A stretch of 64,000 nucleotides of DNA, taken from positions 7,688,001 through 7,752,000 of the forward strand of contig JBHGNT010000011.1 of the NCBI GenBank assembly GCA_043228905.1, given 5' to 3'. This DNA is from Azolla caroliniana. Lineage: Eukaryota > Plantae > Polypodiophyta. The notes beneath the pieces were generated by a model that ran no database searches, had not been told where the DNA came from, and saw nothing but the letters and a program-made list of their open reading frames with translations. Positions 10,225 through 24,149 of the stretch are shown here, piece after piece (the first letter of the stretch is position 1; each line of letters opens with the position of its first letter). A program made the translations under genes and the position numbers.

Positions 10225-11719
10225 GGAGAACTTCTCTGACATGTTTGATGGTATGCGGAGTGTTGTCTCCTGTTTCGACCACTCCTTGCGATTCTGGTTT
10301 CTCCAAGTACGAGAACCATTCCTTGTGACTCGTCATATGATTTGATGCCATGGAATCAACATACCACACCTCACTCTATTTCGAGGTGTTCACAGCCATA
10401 GAATTGGCCTTATGCTTCATTACGAAGCTTGGGCCCGATTTGTTTTCGGTTCGTTCAGAGCCTTCTGCGTAGTGCGATCTTTGACGCCTCTCTACGTCTC
10501 TTCGGCTCCATCCGGCTTTGTCCAAATTGGCTCTCTTTTTCTAGCACTCGCTCTCCTTGTGGCCTTTTCTACCACAGTACCAGCATTCCGACGCGGCCTT
10601 CTCTTCCCGGCTTCTGGCGCCGCCAAGACTCCCCCTGCTTGTGGAGGGTCCGGAATTGTTGTCGACACATCGATTATGCCGCTTGTTCTGCTCTTGTCGG
10701 CCGCCTCCATTGCGCGCCGATCCGCCTTTTCCACGATGACCACGGGGCCTATCCTCCTCTGTGTACAACAGCATCTTGCCATCGGCGTGCATACTCATCG
10801 AAGCACCCATGTGATTTTCCTCCAGGAGCAACATTGATTTAAGCTCGAAGAACGAAGGCGTATTCTCCCTCGTACAGACCGTCGTTCAGAAGGGCTCCGA
10901 ACCTGGACGCTAGCCCACCAAGGCAAACATACACCATTTCATCTTCCTCAATGTTCACATTGACGGAAGCGAGTGAATCGCAGATTTCCTTGATTCGGGA
11001 TGTGTAGTCAGCCACAGACAGATCTTTCTATCGGACATTGCTGAGCTCCTTCCTGAGCTACAGCTTCCTAACCATTGTGCTTGCGGCAAAAATCTTTTTG
11101 AGATTCTCCCACGCGTCCTTTGGTGTCTTAGCATCCCAAATATAGCTCAATAGCTGGTCACTCACACAGGATGCAAAGCAGTACAGAACTCTACTTCCCG
11201 CTTGTTCCCAAGCTAGAAAATCTCTGTGTGTCGAATCGGGTGCTACATCATTAGCTCCTTCGACATAACTCCAGTGGCCATGGCCAAGCAAGTACTGGTG
11301 CATCTTGTACGACCAAAACGTGTAGTTGCTTCTGTCGAGCTTCTTGGTCGGTACCAAGCTTCCCATACCTCTGTCCATATTGTTGTCTTTTTCATTTCCG
11401 AAAAACTTCAACTCTGTTTTGTCGCAAGCTTTTCTTGTCGGTTGCAAAGGACTTGAACCCTCACGCTCTGATACCATGTAACAGAATAGCGTGTGCGGAA
11501 GCGTATGTGGAACACAGAGTACACAGTTCGGAGTAATAAGACATTTCGGTAAAACAGAGAAAACGCAGAGATGGAGATGGAGATGGAGAGAAAGAGAGAG
11601 AGAGTAGATAACAAAACAACTCAAATTCAAAATAGTGATTCTCTGTGTATATACACCGTGCTCAGTGAGCACCTTTTATACAAGCCCTGATAATCGGGCT
11701 AACACAAGTACTGACAGTA
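10225..11719 (-). mobile_element. Copia (family B-like) 5' fragment: protease/gag 10225-11378, PBS 11465-11476, partial LTR 11477-11719
   Basis: Gag MDRGMGSLVPTKKLDRSNY..., zinc knuckle CWYCGRKGHKESEC, protease WYVDSMASNHMT, perfect PBS TGGTATCAGAGC. Confidence 0.88.
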
Positions 11720-13433
11720 TCTAAACGGAACATTGCCGATGTGCCGAATCGGGTGCGTAGTGTCATCTCCGGTTTTGACATAACCGGGTCGCTCCGGCTC
11801 TCGAAGTTTGAGAAACCATTCTTTATGAGATGTTATATGGTTTGAGGCTCCGGAGTCAACAAACCATATGTCCTCCGGATTGAGGACACTAGTTGAGGTA
11901 GAGGCCGACATAGAGTTTGCTCTATGTTTAATGATGAACATTCCGCCACGGTCGGAGTTGTTCCAGTACATTCTGCTATACTCTTCGTAGTCGGAATTGT
12001 GTGGGTAATTTGTGAGTTGTCGGCTTGTGGAAGCCGATTCACGCATCTTCTTTCGGCACTCTTCTTCGTGGTGGCCGAGCTTTCCACAATATCCGCATTC
12101 GGTTGCGTTTTGACAGCTCTGGCTGGAGTGGAAGCTCCCCCTTCTGGCAAAGGTTCCTCGCTGGCTTCCGTTTTGCAGCCAAAATTGGGAGTTGTTATCG
12201 TAGGTCGGACCTCGTCCGCCTTGTCCTTGGCTGAGTCGGCCTCTCGGCCGTCCACATTCTCTTTCTCCGTTCGAGTGTGTGTAGAGCATGTGGCCTTCCC
12301 AGTCATTGCTCCTTGTACGCACGTGGTTTTCTTCAACCAATAGCATTGATTGGAGCTCGAAGACAGAGGGAAATTTCTCTCGTGCTAGAACGGCGGTTCG
12401 CATCGCGCCGAACCGTGGTGTGAGGCCACCGAGGCATATTTGAACCATCTCATCATCATCGATATTTACGCTTATTGAGCCAAGAGAATTGCAAAGCTCC
12501 TTGATCTTCGAGGTGTATGTCGTGATGGACATGTCCCTTTGTTGAATGTTGTTCAACTCTTGGCAGAGTTGAAGCCTTCTTGCGGTTGTGTTCGCCGCGA
12601 AAATCTTTCGTAGATTTTCCCATGGCTCCTTCGGCATCTTGGCTTCACGAATGTAGCCAAGCATGTGATTATGAACACATGTTGCCAAGCAATACATCAC
12701 GAGGCTTGCGGCTTGCTCCCATGTTGCGTATCCGGGAGCTTCTTTGGCGGGTCGGTCTTCATGCGCTCCTTTGATGTAGGTCCAATAGCCTTGTCTGACA
12801 AGGTATTGGTGCATCTTGTACTCCCAAGATGCGAAGTTGTTTCGATCCAACTTCTCGGTAGGGAGAGCGCTCCCCATTTGAGTATTCATTATGTCAATTC
12901 TTCTTCTTCTTCTTCTCTCTTTGAATGCGAGCTATGTAGCGAAGCTACGATAGCGGTGAGCTGGTTCTTGGTCGTCGGCGTAGAGCACAACACACGATCA
13001 CGATGAGGTGAATGGGTTAGATCGAGCTACCAAATTGCTCTGATACGATGTAAAGAATCGGGTATGATTCTTGTGTAGCGGAATAGGTGTGAATTGTGTG
13101 TCTATGAGAGAGAGAAAGAGAGAGAGAGTGAAAAGTAAGACACAGAGTATACGCAAGGTAGATTGTATTAACAAAGGAGAAAGACTCAACACAATACAAG
13201 GTGGGAGGAGGGTGCTTTATATAGTCACCCTCTCTCTTCATTAACTACAAGACTCATGGAGCATGGGGAATGTGAAAGCTCATAAGTTATGTGTCATAGA
13301 GTATGATTCTATGACTCATACTAAATGCTAGAATACAAAGAGGTGACATAATGGTGACTCTTGACCGTTGGAGTGTCTATTCACTCTTAAGGTGAGTTCA
13401 CACATTAGACCATGTTGAACTTGATTCTCAATA
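11720..13433 (-). mobile_element. Copia family A 5' half: gag-protease ORF 12889-11720, PBS 13037-13048, LTR 13049-13433
   Basis: 396-aa ORF with UBN2-type gag, CGYCGKLGHHEEEC knuckle and WFVDSGASNH protease. The LTR is the reverse complement of 43858-44265. Confidence 0.92.
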
Positions 13434-13922
13434 GCTGGCTGTGTAACGCGCTGTGTAATTTGGTATTCCAATTTGTTCTATTCTCATTGACGATCTTTTT
13501 TAGTATGGTTTGTAACGTTTTGTTCGTGGACTCTGCTAAACCATTTGCCTGCGGATAATACGTCATGCTCTTCTTGTGGACAACAACATATTGTTGTGGG
13601 GGCTCCTGGATGACCGAATTTAGAAAGTGGCTTCCTTGGTCATTGATGAGCTCGATGGTGCAGCCAAAACGACACCAGATGTGTTGATAAAGAAATTTTG
13701 ATGTTACGGTCGCGGTATTTTCTCGTAGTGCTTTTGCTTCCACCCACTTGGTGCAATAATCAGTAGCCACAAGTGTAAACGACCCCACGAAATCGAGTCC
13801 CCATTTCTAGAATGGATCCAATGGCCACACTGGTTGATGTGCCATCCTTGCGACCTCCGTTGGCTGACCCATCCGTTGACACAGATCGCATTGTTTGCAA
13901 TATTGTTGAATGACAAGCTCAA
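13434..13922 (-). pseudogene. Gypsy integrase core (rve) fragment
   Basis: LVATDYCTKWVEA...INDQGSHF...YYPQANGLAESTNKTL (D,D35E core). Confidence 0.88.
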
Positions 13923-14085
13923 CGTTGGGTGTGTAACACGGTGCGTAACCTAGTGCGTAGATTGGGTGTGTAAAACATTACGCATAACGTAAGCCGTAAC
14001 GGTGCGAACACTGCGAGGCCATTAGAAAGATATTCCTTGAAAGGAATAAATTTGGGAGTGAGTGCAGCGGGTCAATTAAGCACAA
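13923..14085 (+). repeat. Displaced 5' portion of the family B-like Copia LTR
   Basis: Begins (c/t)gttgggtgtgtaaca exactly where the integrase is interrupted. It completes the LTR truncated at 11719 if 11720-14085 is re-inverted. Confidence 0.55.
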
Positions 14086-15097
14086 TTACATTAAAAATGT
14101 CTTACATGTACCGACCATTACGAAAAATTTGGTCTTCGTCGGCCAAATTGTAGAGCAAGGGATGCAAGTTCGATTTAATCAAGGCGGTTGCTTCATCAAA
14201 AAAGAGGGCCGACTCATCGCACACAGACGAAGAGAGGGCCAAATGTTCATTCTCGACTCACATGAGATGAAATCGACCATGTTCGCAAAGGGCATGAAAG
14301 CCGACTCCCTCTACATATGAAGCGATTCTGCAAGTCCAATCGTCATCATCATATATGTGGATGGCCTAGTTATTGGAGGTGAGCATCTCGTCGAAATCAA
14401 TAAGGTCAAATCCCTCCTTTTCGACAAGTTCGAGATGACGGACATGAAGGAACTCCACTACTTCCTCGGCATCGAGGTAATTCGGACTCCGGCCGGAATC
14501 ATGATTTCTCAACGGCACTACATCCTCAACTTGTTATACAAGTTCGATATGGCTAAGTGCAAATCCATGGCAACCCCGCTCGATCGTAATCTCAAACTAG
14601 ATGCGAACTCCGGCACCAAAGCGTGTGAGCCGACTCAATATTGACAACTCATCGGGAGTCTCATCTACCTCACGATCACTCGACCCGATCTCAATTATCC
14701 GGTCGGTCTCCTTAGTCAATTCATGCAAACACCGCGTGATACTCACTTGGATTGCGCTAAGCGAGTTCTACGATACGTGAGCAACACAATGGATTGCGGC
14801 ATCCTCTACAAGACCGCGATGCCAATACGCCTCGAGGGGTACACAGACGCCAATTGGGCCGGCTACAAAGCCGATAGAAGATCAACCTCCGGATTTGTTT
14901 TCTCCCTCCGTAGTGGAGCAATATCCTGGAGTAGCAAGAAGCAGCCTACCGTTGCTCTTTCGAGTACGGAGGCGGAATATAGGGGCGTAATCGTAGCTGC
15001 GTGTGAAGCTGTATGGCTCAAGAGGATTTTGAAGGATCTGGGTGTACTCATCAAGGATCCGACTTCCCTTTACTGCGACAACATAAGCAGTATCTAT
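14086..15097 (+). pseudogene. Copia family A pol fragment (post-protease region, internal deletion at ~14305, RT end and RNase H)
   Basis: YIKNVLHVPTITKNLV..., YVDG(D)LVIGG, GYTDANWAG...RRSTSG, WSSKKQPTVALSSTEAEY. Near-identical to 42575-43365. Confidence 0.88.
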
Positions 15098-17975
15098 TGT
15101 TACTCGGCTGGCAAGAAGGCTTAAGGAGGTCGAAACCAGAGAGTGAAAGGAATATTTTATTCGGGAACTATTGTAATTAGTAGTCTTAATATATATTAAT
15201 ATATGAGAAGATGTGGACGGACGGACCGGAATCGGTATGCCGATCCGGATCCGAACCAATCCCGAATAGGTGCCGGTTGGCACCGTTTTGTATTTCGCAC
15301 CGGAGACCTATATAAAGGCCCGGTGACAATGTAATCGACAACGGATAATTAATAGAACTTATTGCCTTAATCCTTCAGTATTGATTACCGTTCTGTGCTT
15401 ATTGTATATCTTACGCGTGTTAATGATGTATTGCTAAGTAATCAATTAAGGTCTAATTAAGCGTTGTGTCGTAAGTCATTCTACCGTAACACCCTTTGGT
15501 GAAGTGTCTTAAGTGGACACCCTGTGTTAGGCTGTTGTCTAGCCCTAGGAGTAACACAGTTTTTGGCAACCACGATTCCTGCACAATCGCAGTGAACAGC
15601 GGCGGGAATGGATGACTAGGCCAACAGACGACCCGGTTACAGAGAGAGCACGAAGACTTGTTGAACGGCGAAGGAGGCGGGAGGCTTTCTAGCAAGCACT
15701 GGAAGAAATCCGATCGGATCGATCATTTTCCAAAGTGATCCGGAAAGTGGCGGAGTCGTTCCGTTTGCAACAAGACGCCTACCCGGATGAAGGAAGCAGC
15801 TTAAGCAGCCTCTAGGAAGCGGAATCCCTTCTCCAAGCCTTGGCCGGAAGAGACGGCGAATCCGAAGCATTTTCAGCGCTGGAATCGGATTCGGGATGGG
15901 GTTACAACGTGCACACCGGAACGACACCCCAAGAGGACCGGAGGACGAGGAGTCCGATACATTACCGACACCGGAACCACAGTTGTCAAACCGGGAACCC
16001 CCGGCACTAGACGTGGAGCAACCTCCGGAGACGGAAGAAGACAAAGAAAGACCTCTGACACCGGAAGTCGAGCCGGCAACACCAAAGGAAGACTGGCAAA
16101 GACCTCCGACGCTGACGAAATAGCAGGTAAGACCACCGACACCGCCAGCTCGAGTACCGACACCGAACAACGACATGTCGTTCAGTACTCCAAGTATAGG
16201 GATGACACGGACGCAGAGGCTCATGTTCACGTGTTTCAACAAACATGGGAGGCGAACCATGTGTCACAACGGTTAACCGCGACCGAAGAGGAACGATCTA
16301 AGATAGCCGAATTCGGCGTGACATTGGAAGGACCGGCCGCCAGATGGCACCGGACGCAGGACCCCAGCACCATCACCACCTTTGCGGACCTGAAAGATAA
16401 ATTCTTTCCCTTCTTTTAGAAGGAGGTGGACTAGAGAGAAATGGTGGGCCTATTTTATACCATCCGACAGGACCCCAGGGAGAGCATTCCGCAGTTTGTC
16501 ATCCGGTTTCAACGGATGCACAGTCAGCTTACCCGCGCACCTCCAGAGGAAGAAACACGAGCTATATTTTTAGCCGCGCTCCGGGAACCTCTACGAACGG
16601 TATGCACGGTCATCGACTTTCGCACAAGCACCGTCGACCAAGTCATCGACCGGGTTAGAGAAATGGAGAAAACAAGCTCTTGGCTAACAATGGGAGCCTT
16701 CCAACGAGCGTTACCAACCGATGAGGATCTCCGGTTCCGACAAGCAATCCAATGCACGACCTGCTTGAATTCTGGACACTCGTCACTGGAGTCCACCATG
16801 CGGACCCACTGCTTACTCTGCTAATCTACAAGCCACACGATGGACCGGTGCGAATATAACTTATTAAATCAGCAAGCACCACCAAGCCGGCAAATCAAGC
16901 CACATAGTAGCCGAGACGAAGAAGACGAACGCTAGCGGCGAGAGGAACGATATCGACTGGCACAGGATGCCCGGTACGACAATCGGCGAGAGAACTATGA
17001 CCGGTACAAGAGATATGATGGGTACCGAGATTACAACGGACGGTACGAGCATCACAACCGGGATCCCTCCCCCGGGTATCACCAACGATGGGAAGATTAC
17101 GGGAGATATGACGACCAACCCCATCAAGGGTACCGCAACAAAAAGAACTTTAATAAAAAACGGCATTTCAAAAAAGGGAGCCACCCACATGAACCGGAAA
17201 AAGGCGCCTCAAGAAGCCAACCGGACAAAAGCCCCGCGGTTACCACGGGTCCTCCACCGGGTATAGGAAACATTGCTGAATCCAGCAATACCCGGAAAGC
17301 ATATTGCTATTATTGCCGGCAAGAAGGACATTATAGTAATCAATGTCCGGCAAAGAGCTATGACAAGTGACCGGCAGTAAACATGGTAGTCGCCGAAGTC
17401 GCAGACCTGGAGCAGGTTACCACAAGATCGAAGGGCAAGACGACGGAATGGGAGACATAAGAGGCCATCCGGAAGCAGGCAACGGAATGGGTGAAAAAGG
17501 AAAATGAGCGAAACGTAGCAGAACTTGTGCAGCAAAAGGGGAACACCGAAGAGCTCGCCGGCGGCAATCAGACCGAAAATGCGACATGGCAGGCATTGCA
17601 GGAGTGCCAAATCACGCTGCCATTAGGACGGCTCCTACAACTAGTGCCCAGATTCACAGAAGGACTCAAGATAGGCACGACGGCAGGAGAAACACCACCG
17701 GCACCAACATTCTTCTCAAATCCAAAGGAGGGACCGGTGATGGTAGACACAAACAGTCCGGCGATCACGGCCATCGTGAAGGGAAAGGAGTTACCCGGAA
17801 CAGTAATAGATGGGGGATCTGGCGTCAATGTGATTAGCCTGCGAACATGCACAACCTTGGGAATCCAAGAGTGGGAACCATGCCCGTTCTGGCTACGGAT
17901 GGCAGATACAAGCTCAGTGCGACCGACCGGCTTGATACGAGATTTGGAAGTAACAATCGGCGGCCACACATTACG
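15098..17975 (+). mobile_element. Gypsy element (family E), 5' part: LTR 15098-15556, disrupted gag, zinc knuckle and protease
   Basis: The LTR is bounded by the 8-bp inverted repeat TGTTACTC...GAGTAACA and has a TATATAAA box. Retrotrans_gag-like segment at 16174-16820, CYYCRQEGHYSNQC at ~17304, protease TVIDGGSGVNVI. Confidence 0.85.
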
Positions 17976-19303
17976 CACACAGAAAATGGACAATTCGTTG
18001 GGAGGCATGTTCAAGCTCACCGGCTCCAACTATTCGGTGCGGAAGTCGAAGATGAGGGACATGCTCGTGGTTAAAGACCTCTGGCTTCCGGTTCAGTTCG
18101 GGGACAAGAGACCGGACAAAATCGACGTCGCGATATGGGAGGTGATGCACATGAAGACAACGGCGTACATATGGTGCTTCGTCGACATGAGCCTTTACAA
18201 CAACTTCAATGAAGAGAGCAAGGCTCATGAGCTCTGGGAGAAGATCGGCATTATGTTTCAAAACAAAAATGTTGTTAATCAGGTTTCGGTATTCCAGAAG
18301 CTAGTAAGACTCTGGTACCAAGATGGCTCCAGCATGGCGGAGCACATGAATGCCTTCCAGGGGCTGATCTACCAAGCAACATCATTGGAGGTACCTCTCG
18401 CCGATGAGGTACTAGCACTACTCCTGCTCAGTTCCCTCCCAGATAGTTGGGAGACGTTGGTTGTCACCTTGGGCAACGCCGGGCTGGAAGGGAAACAATT
18501 ATCCCTAGCAAGAGTAAAGTCAAGCTTGCTAGATGAGGAGGCACGTCGGAAAGATAAAGATACGAGCTCCGACTCCAAAGCGCTCCTTACCAAATTGGAA
18601 CGCGGAAGACAAAGAAACCTTAGTCCCCAAAACCGGGAAAAGTCGGGGACACGGTCAAAGTCAAGGGGGAGACCTACTTGCTTCTATTGCGGCAAGCCGG
18701 GACACTTCCAGAAGAACTGTCGGCATTTCCGAAAGGACAAGGAAACCGACGGTACCAATTCGAAGCGGATACCGGACCGGAACGGTAAAGACCGGAGGGG
18801 AACGGACCAGAAGGGGACGACGGCAATCGCAGCAAGTGAAGAAGAGTTGATGCTCATCACCGAGGAGAGTGAGATAAACCTTGCCGGCGACGAGATGACC
18901 TGGGTGGTCGACTCCGAAGCATCGTTCCATCTTACCCCGGACCGGAAATGCTTTTCATCCTACTCAACCGGTGATCATGGTTGTGTCCGGATGGGGAATG
19001 AAGGAACATGCCGAATTGTCGGCATAGGAGACGTGTGGTTGTCAACACCAACCGGTTGCAAGATGCTGCTGAAGCATGTCTGACACGTTCCGGAGGTTCG
19101 TCTGAACCTGATATCAGCTGGTCGGCTAGATGATGAAGGCTACACGGGTAGCATCCGGAACGGTGTTATGAAGTTCAGCAAAGGGAGCCTGATTGTGGCT
19201 CGGGCCCGGAAGGTAAACACGTTGTACCTCATGAATGCCTGGTTATGTCCGGAGGAAGTGAACGTGGCATCCGACACTGCCAGTGAGCTGTGGCACAAGA
19301 GGC

Positions 19304-19946
19304 TGATGGGAACCCGACGTTCCTTATGCACGACGCTCGGCCACAACCGAGCGTAGAACGATACATAGAAAACGGGAAATAAAACACGACACAAAGGAGA
19401 GGAAGATACACAGGAGGTTTACGTGGAAAACCCAAAGAGGGAAAAAACCACGGCAGCCCACAGGCTGCAAACTGTCACTATGTGAGAATGTACAACAGTG
19501 AGTTCACTGAGGCAACGACCTCGTGCTCACAGATCTTCGCCACACGCGGCTGTTACAACAGAGGCAACGACCTCTTTCTCTCTCTCTCTCTGTACACTGT
19601 TACGTGCTCTCTCTTCTTCTTGCACCAACAAGAAAATGACAACAACAACTTAAAGGTTTGCCCTAAGTCATATTTATACCGATATGACTTTTCGGCTATT
19701 TACAAATGTAGCCTCGATGGGCTCTCAGAAACATATTTACAAATATGTCTCTTCCTTCGGTTCGTACCAGGTCTGCGTCATCCGGCTCTCCGTAGCCAGG
19801 TACTCCTCATCTGGTTCACACCGGGCCTACACCATCCGCCTCTCCGTAGCCGGGTACTCCTCATCCGGTTCACACCGGGCCTGCACGAGTTTGTTCGTCG
19901 GCACTGTTCTTCTCCCAACCCATCCGGAGGGACCTGTCTCCCAACA
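19304..19946 (-). mobile_element. Solo LTR of family F, inserted antisense into family F pol
   Basis: TG...CA ends. TSD GAGGC at 19299-19303 and 19947-19951. The reverse complement is homologous to 24064-24868. Confidence 0.92.
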
Positions 19947-20101
19947 GAGGCTGTGTCACATGAGAGAGAAGGGGATGAAGAGCTTGCAGACGACAACCTC
20001 ATTCCAGTAAAGAACGTGCACTTGGAGAAGTGCACTGATTGTCTAGCCGGAAAGCAAAACCGGACCTCCTTCCGATCGAGGCCACCGATGAGACGTAATG
20101 C

Positions 20102-20825
20102 AAAAAGATAAGGAGACCGACGGTACTGATTCGAAGCGGACCCCGGACTGGAACAGCAAAGACCGGAGGGGGCCGGACCGGAGGGGAACGACGGCAATCG
20201 CGGCAAGTGAAGAAGAATTTATGCTCATCACCGAGCAGAGTGAGATAAACCTTGCCGGCGACGAGATGACCTGGGTGGTAGACTCCGGAGCGTCGTTCCA
20301 CCTTACCCCGGACCGAAAATGCTTCTCATCCTACTCAGCCGGTGATCACGACTGTGTCCGGATAGGGAATGAAGGTACATGCCGAATTGTCGGCATAGGA
20401 GACGTGTGGATGTCAACACCAACCGGATGCAAGTTGTTGATGAAGGATGTTCGACACGTTTTGGAGGTTCGACTGAACCTGATATCAGCCGGTCGGCTAG
20501 ATGATGAAGGCTACACAGGTAGCATCCGAAACGGTGTCATGAAGTTCAGCAAAGGGAGCTTGATTGTGGCTCAGGCCCGGAAGGTAAACACGTTGTACCT
20601 CATGAATGTCCGGTTATGTCCAGAGGAAGTGAACGTGGCATCCGACACTGCCAGTGAGTTGTGGCACAAAAGGTTGTGTCACATGAGCGAGAAGGGGATG
20701 AAGAGGCTTGCAGACGACAACCTCATTCTAGTGAAGAACGTGCACTTGGAGAAGTGCACTGATTGTTTGGCCGGTAAGAAAAACCGGACCTCCTTCCGAT
20801 CAAGGCCACCGATGAGACATAATGC
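20102..20825 (+). repeat. Internal duplication of 18731-20101 (without the solo LTR)
   Basis: KDKETDGT...TWVVDS...RPPMR occurs twice. Only the first copy carries the solo LTR. Confidence 0.88.
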
Positions 20826-21951
20826 GTCACTGGAGTTGGTGCATACGGATGTATGTCAAGTGGACATGAAGTCACATGCAGGATCGCAGTACTTCGTGAC
20901 GTTCATAGATGACCACAGCCGGAAGTTGTGGGCCACACCGTTGAAGACGAAGGATCAGGTGTTATCCGTCTTCAAAGAGCTCCACGCGAGAGTGGAAAGA
21001 GAAACCGATCGGAAACTGAAGGCGGTTCGAGCAGATAACGGAGGTGAATACCGAGGGCAGTTCGAGGCGTACTATCGCTCGAAGGGAATCCGGCTCGAAT
21101 TTACCATGCCGAAGACGCCGGAACTAAACGGGCTAGCCAAGAGGATGAACCGAACCATAATGGAGAGGGTCCGGAGTATGCTGGCGCATGCAAAACTACC
21201 CAAGAAGTTTTGGGCTGAGGCACTGTCGACGGCAACATATGTGATAAATAGATCACCCTTAGTACCCTTGGACGGAGACACGCCATAGAGAGTCTGGACC
21301 GGTAAGGAAGTATCCTACCAGCATCTGAAGGTATTCGGGTGTCTCGCGTACGTGCATGTAGCTAAGGACCGGAGAGGAAAGTTGGATCCAAAGACACGGC
21401 CAAGCATATTCCTCGGTTACGGCGACGATGAGTTCAGCTACCGAGTGTGGGACCTGGTCGACAAGAAGGTATCCCAGAGTCGAGATATTATCTTCATGGA
21501 GGACAAGACGCTCGCCGACTGGGAGTCGGAGAAGAAGATAATGAACTCCGAGTCGACTGGTAAGGATCGATTCTACGATGAGCAGACCCAACCGGTAAGA
21601 GACCGGTTAGCACTCGAGGAACCAACTGGTTACGGTGAGGATACCGAACCGGCAGAAGATGAAGTAGAGGAAGCTGAAACCGAAACCGGCCAAGACCCCA
21701 AATCAAATTCGGATGAAGAGCAAATAGAGGAGCCGGTTACTGAAGCCCAGAGACGGAGATATCCTCTAAGAGAGAGAAGGGCCCCCCGGAGATTTCCGGA
21801 TGCAGAGCATGTGCTGCTAACCGATGAGGGGGAGCCAGAAAGCTTCGAAGAAGCGAAGGATGACACCCACAGCCGAAAATGGTTAAGTGCCATGCAGGAT
21901 GAGATGGATTCCCTGCATGAGAACCATACGTACGAATTGGTGGAGTTGCCG

Positions 21952-23333
21952 AAAGGAAAGCGGGCACTCCGAAACAAGTGGATGTACAAGTTGAAACCGG
22001 GAGATGCCGGCAACCCCCCGAGATACAAAGCCAGGATCGTGGTGAAGGGGTTCCAGCAGAAGAAGGGCGTGGACTTCGACGAGATATTTGCCTCGGTAGT
22101 AAAGATGACCTCCATCCGGACGGTGCTGAGTATAGCGGCAAGCATGGACCTCGAGGTAGAGCAGCTAGACGTGAAGACGACATTCCTTCACGGTGACCTC
22201 GAAGAGGAGATCTAAATGCAGCAACCGGAAGGATTCGTGGAGAAGGGGAAGGAGCACCTGGTATGCCGGTTGAAGAAGAGCTTGTACGGACTGAAGCAAG
22301 CTCCCTGACAATGGTATCGGAAGTTCGACTCCTTCATGACCGATCAAGGGTACCACAAGACGCAGGCCGATCACTGCGTGTTTGTGAAGACGTTCGAAGG
22401 AGGCGACTTCCTGATACTCCTTCTGTACGTGGATGACATGTTGATCGTCGGACGGGACCAAGTCAAAATACGGATGCTGAAGAAGGCTCTCAACCGAACC
22501 TTCTCAATGAAAAACTTGGGTCCGGCAAGACAGATGTTGGGGATGCATATTATCCGGAACCGGTCAGTGAAGCAATTATGGCTGTCACAGGAGAAGTATG
22601 TGACAAAGGTGCTTCACCGGTTCAACATGTCAGATGTGAAAGGAAAGGAAAGCGGGCACTCCGAAAGGAGTGGGTGTACAAGTTGAAACCGGGAGATGTC
22701 GGCAACCCCCCGAGATACAAAGCCAGGATCGTGGTGAAGGGGTTCCAGTAGAAGAAGGGCGTGGACTTCGACGAGATATTTGCCCCGGTAGTAAAGATGA
22801 CCTCCATCCGGACGGTGCTGAGTATAGTGGCAAGCATGGACCTCGAGGTAGAGCAGCTAGATGTGAAGACGGCATTCCTTCACGGCGACCTCGAAGAGGA
22901 GATCTACATGCAGCAACTGGAAGGATTCGTGGAGAAAGGGAAGGAGCACCTGGTTTGCCGGTTGAAGAAGAGCCTCTACGGGTTGAAGCAAACCCCCCGG
23001 CAATGGTACCCGAAGTTTGATTCCTTCATGGCCGATCAAGGGTACCACAAGACGCAGGCCGATCACTGCGTGTTTGTGAAGACGTTCGAAGGAGGCGACT
23101 TCCTGATACTCCTTCTGTACGTGGATGACATGTTGATCGTCGGACAGGACCAAGTCAAAATACGGATGCTGAAGAAGGCTCTCAACCGAACCTTCTCAAT
23201 GAAAAACTTGGGTCCGGCAAGACAGATGTTGGGGATGCATATTATCCGGAACCGGTCAGTGAAGCAATTATGGCTGTCACAGGAGAAGTATGTGACAAAG
23301 GTGCTTCACCGGTTCAACATGTCAGATGTGAAA
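21952..23333 (+). repeat. Tandem duplication of ~690 bp of Copia RT
   Basis: aaaggaaagcgggcactccga...ttcaacatgtcagatgtga occurs at ~21952-22641 and ~22644-23332. Confidence 0.9.
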
Positions 23334-24149
23334 CCGGTCGGATCGACACTTCCGGCAAACTGCAGGTTATCCGGTAAGCAAAGCCCGAAGACGAAAGCAG
23401 AAAAGGCGGATATGATGAAGATTCCATATGCCTCTTCCGTCGGGAGCTTAATGTACGCAATGGTGTGTACCCGACCAGATATAGGATACGCGGTCGATGT
23501 GGTGAGCCAGTTCCTGAGCAATCCCAGGAAGGAGCACAGGAACGCGGTCAAATGGATACTCCGGTACTTGAAGGGCACTTCACATATGTGTCTCCGATTC
23601 GGCTCTGGAAAACCTCAACTTGACGGTTTTACCGATTCGGACATGTCGGCTGATGTGGATACCATCCGGTCCACATCCGGGTATGTAATGACATATGCAG
23701 GGGGAGCTGTTTCGTGGTAGTCGAGGCTACAGAAGACGGTTGCGTTGTCAACCACGGAGGCGGAGAAGGACTTCATCGGAGAGCTCGGTATCCAGCAAGA
23801 TGAATACCGGCTCTATTGCGACAGTCAAAGTGCCATCCACCTTGCAAAGAATGCGGCCTACCATTCCCGGACGAAGGATATCCAACGAAGGTATCACTGG
23901 ATCCGGGAAAGAGTAGATGACCAAGAGTTCGCACTGACGAAGATCCACACGGCCGAGAACGGGTCAGATATGCTGACCAAAGTGTTGATGCCCGACAAGT
24001 TGGATGCATGCCAGAAGCGGATCAGACTAGTAAGACACCCCATGCTGGAGTGAAGGTGGAGTTTGTTGGGAGACAGGTCCCTCCGGATGGGAAGGGAGAA
24101 GAACAGTAATGATGAGCAAACTCGGTTGAGGCCGATAGGCCGAGGCCGA

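Noticed and set aside
17491-19083. 530-aa ORF fusing a Gypsy protease to Copia gag-protease as a novel protein
   Set aside because: It is an in-frame deletion junction at ~17975 between two decayed elements. The upstream gag and downstream pol both contain stops.
19482-20111. 209-aa ORF, and similar ORFs at 23894-24439
   Set aside because: These are translations of LTR tandem repeats with no coding signature.
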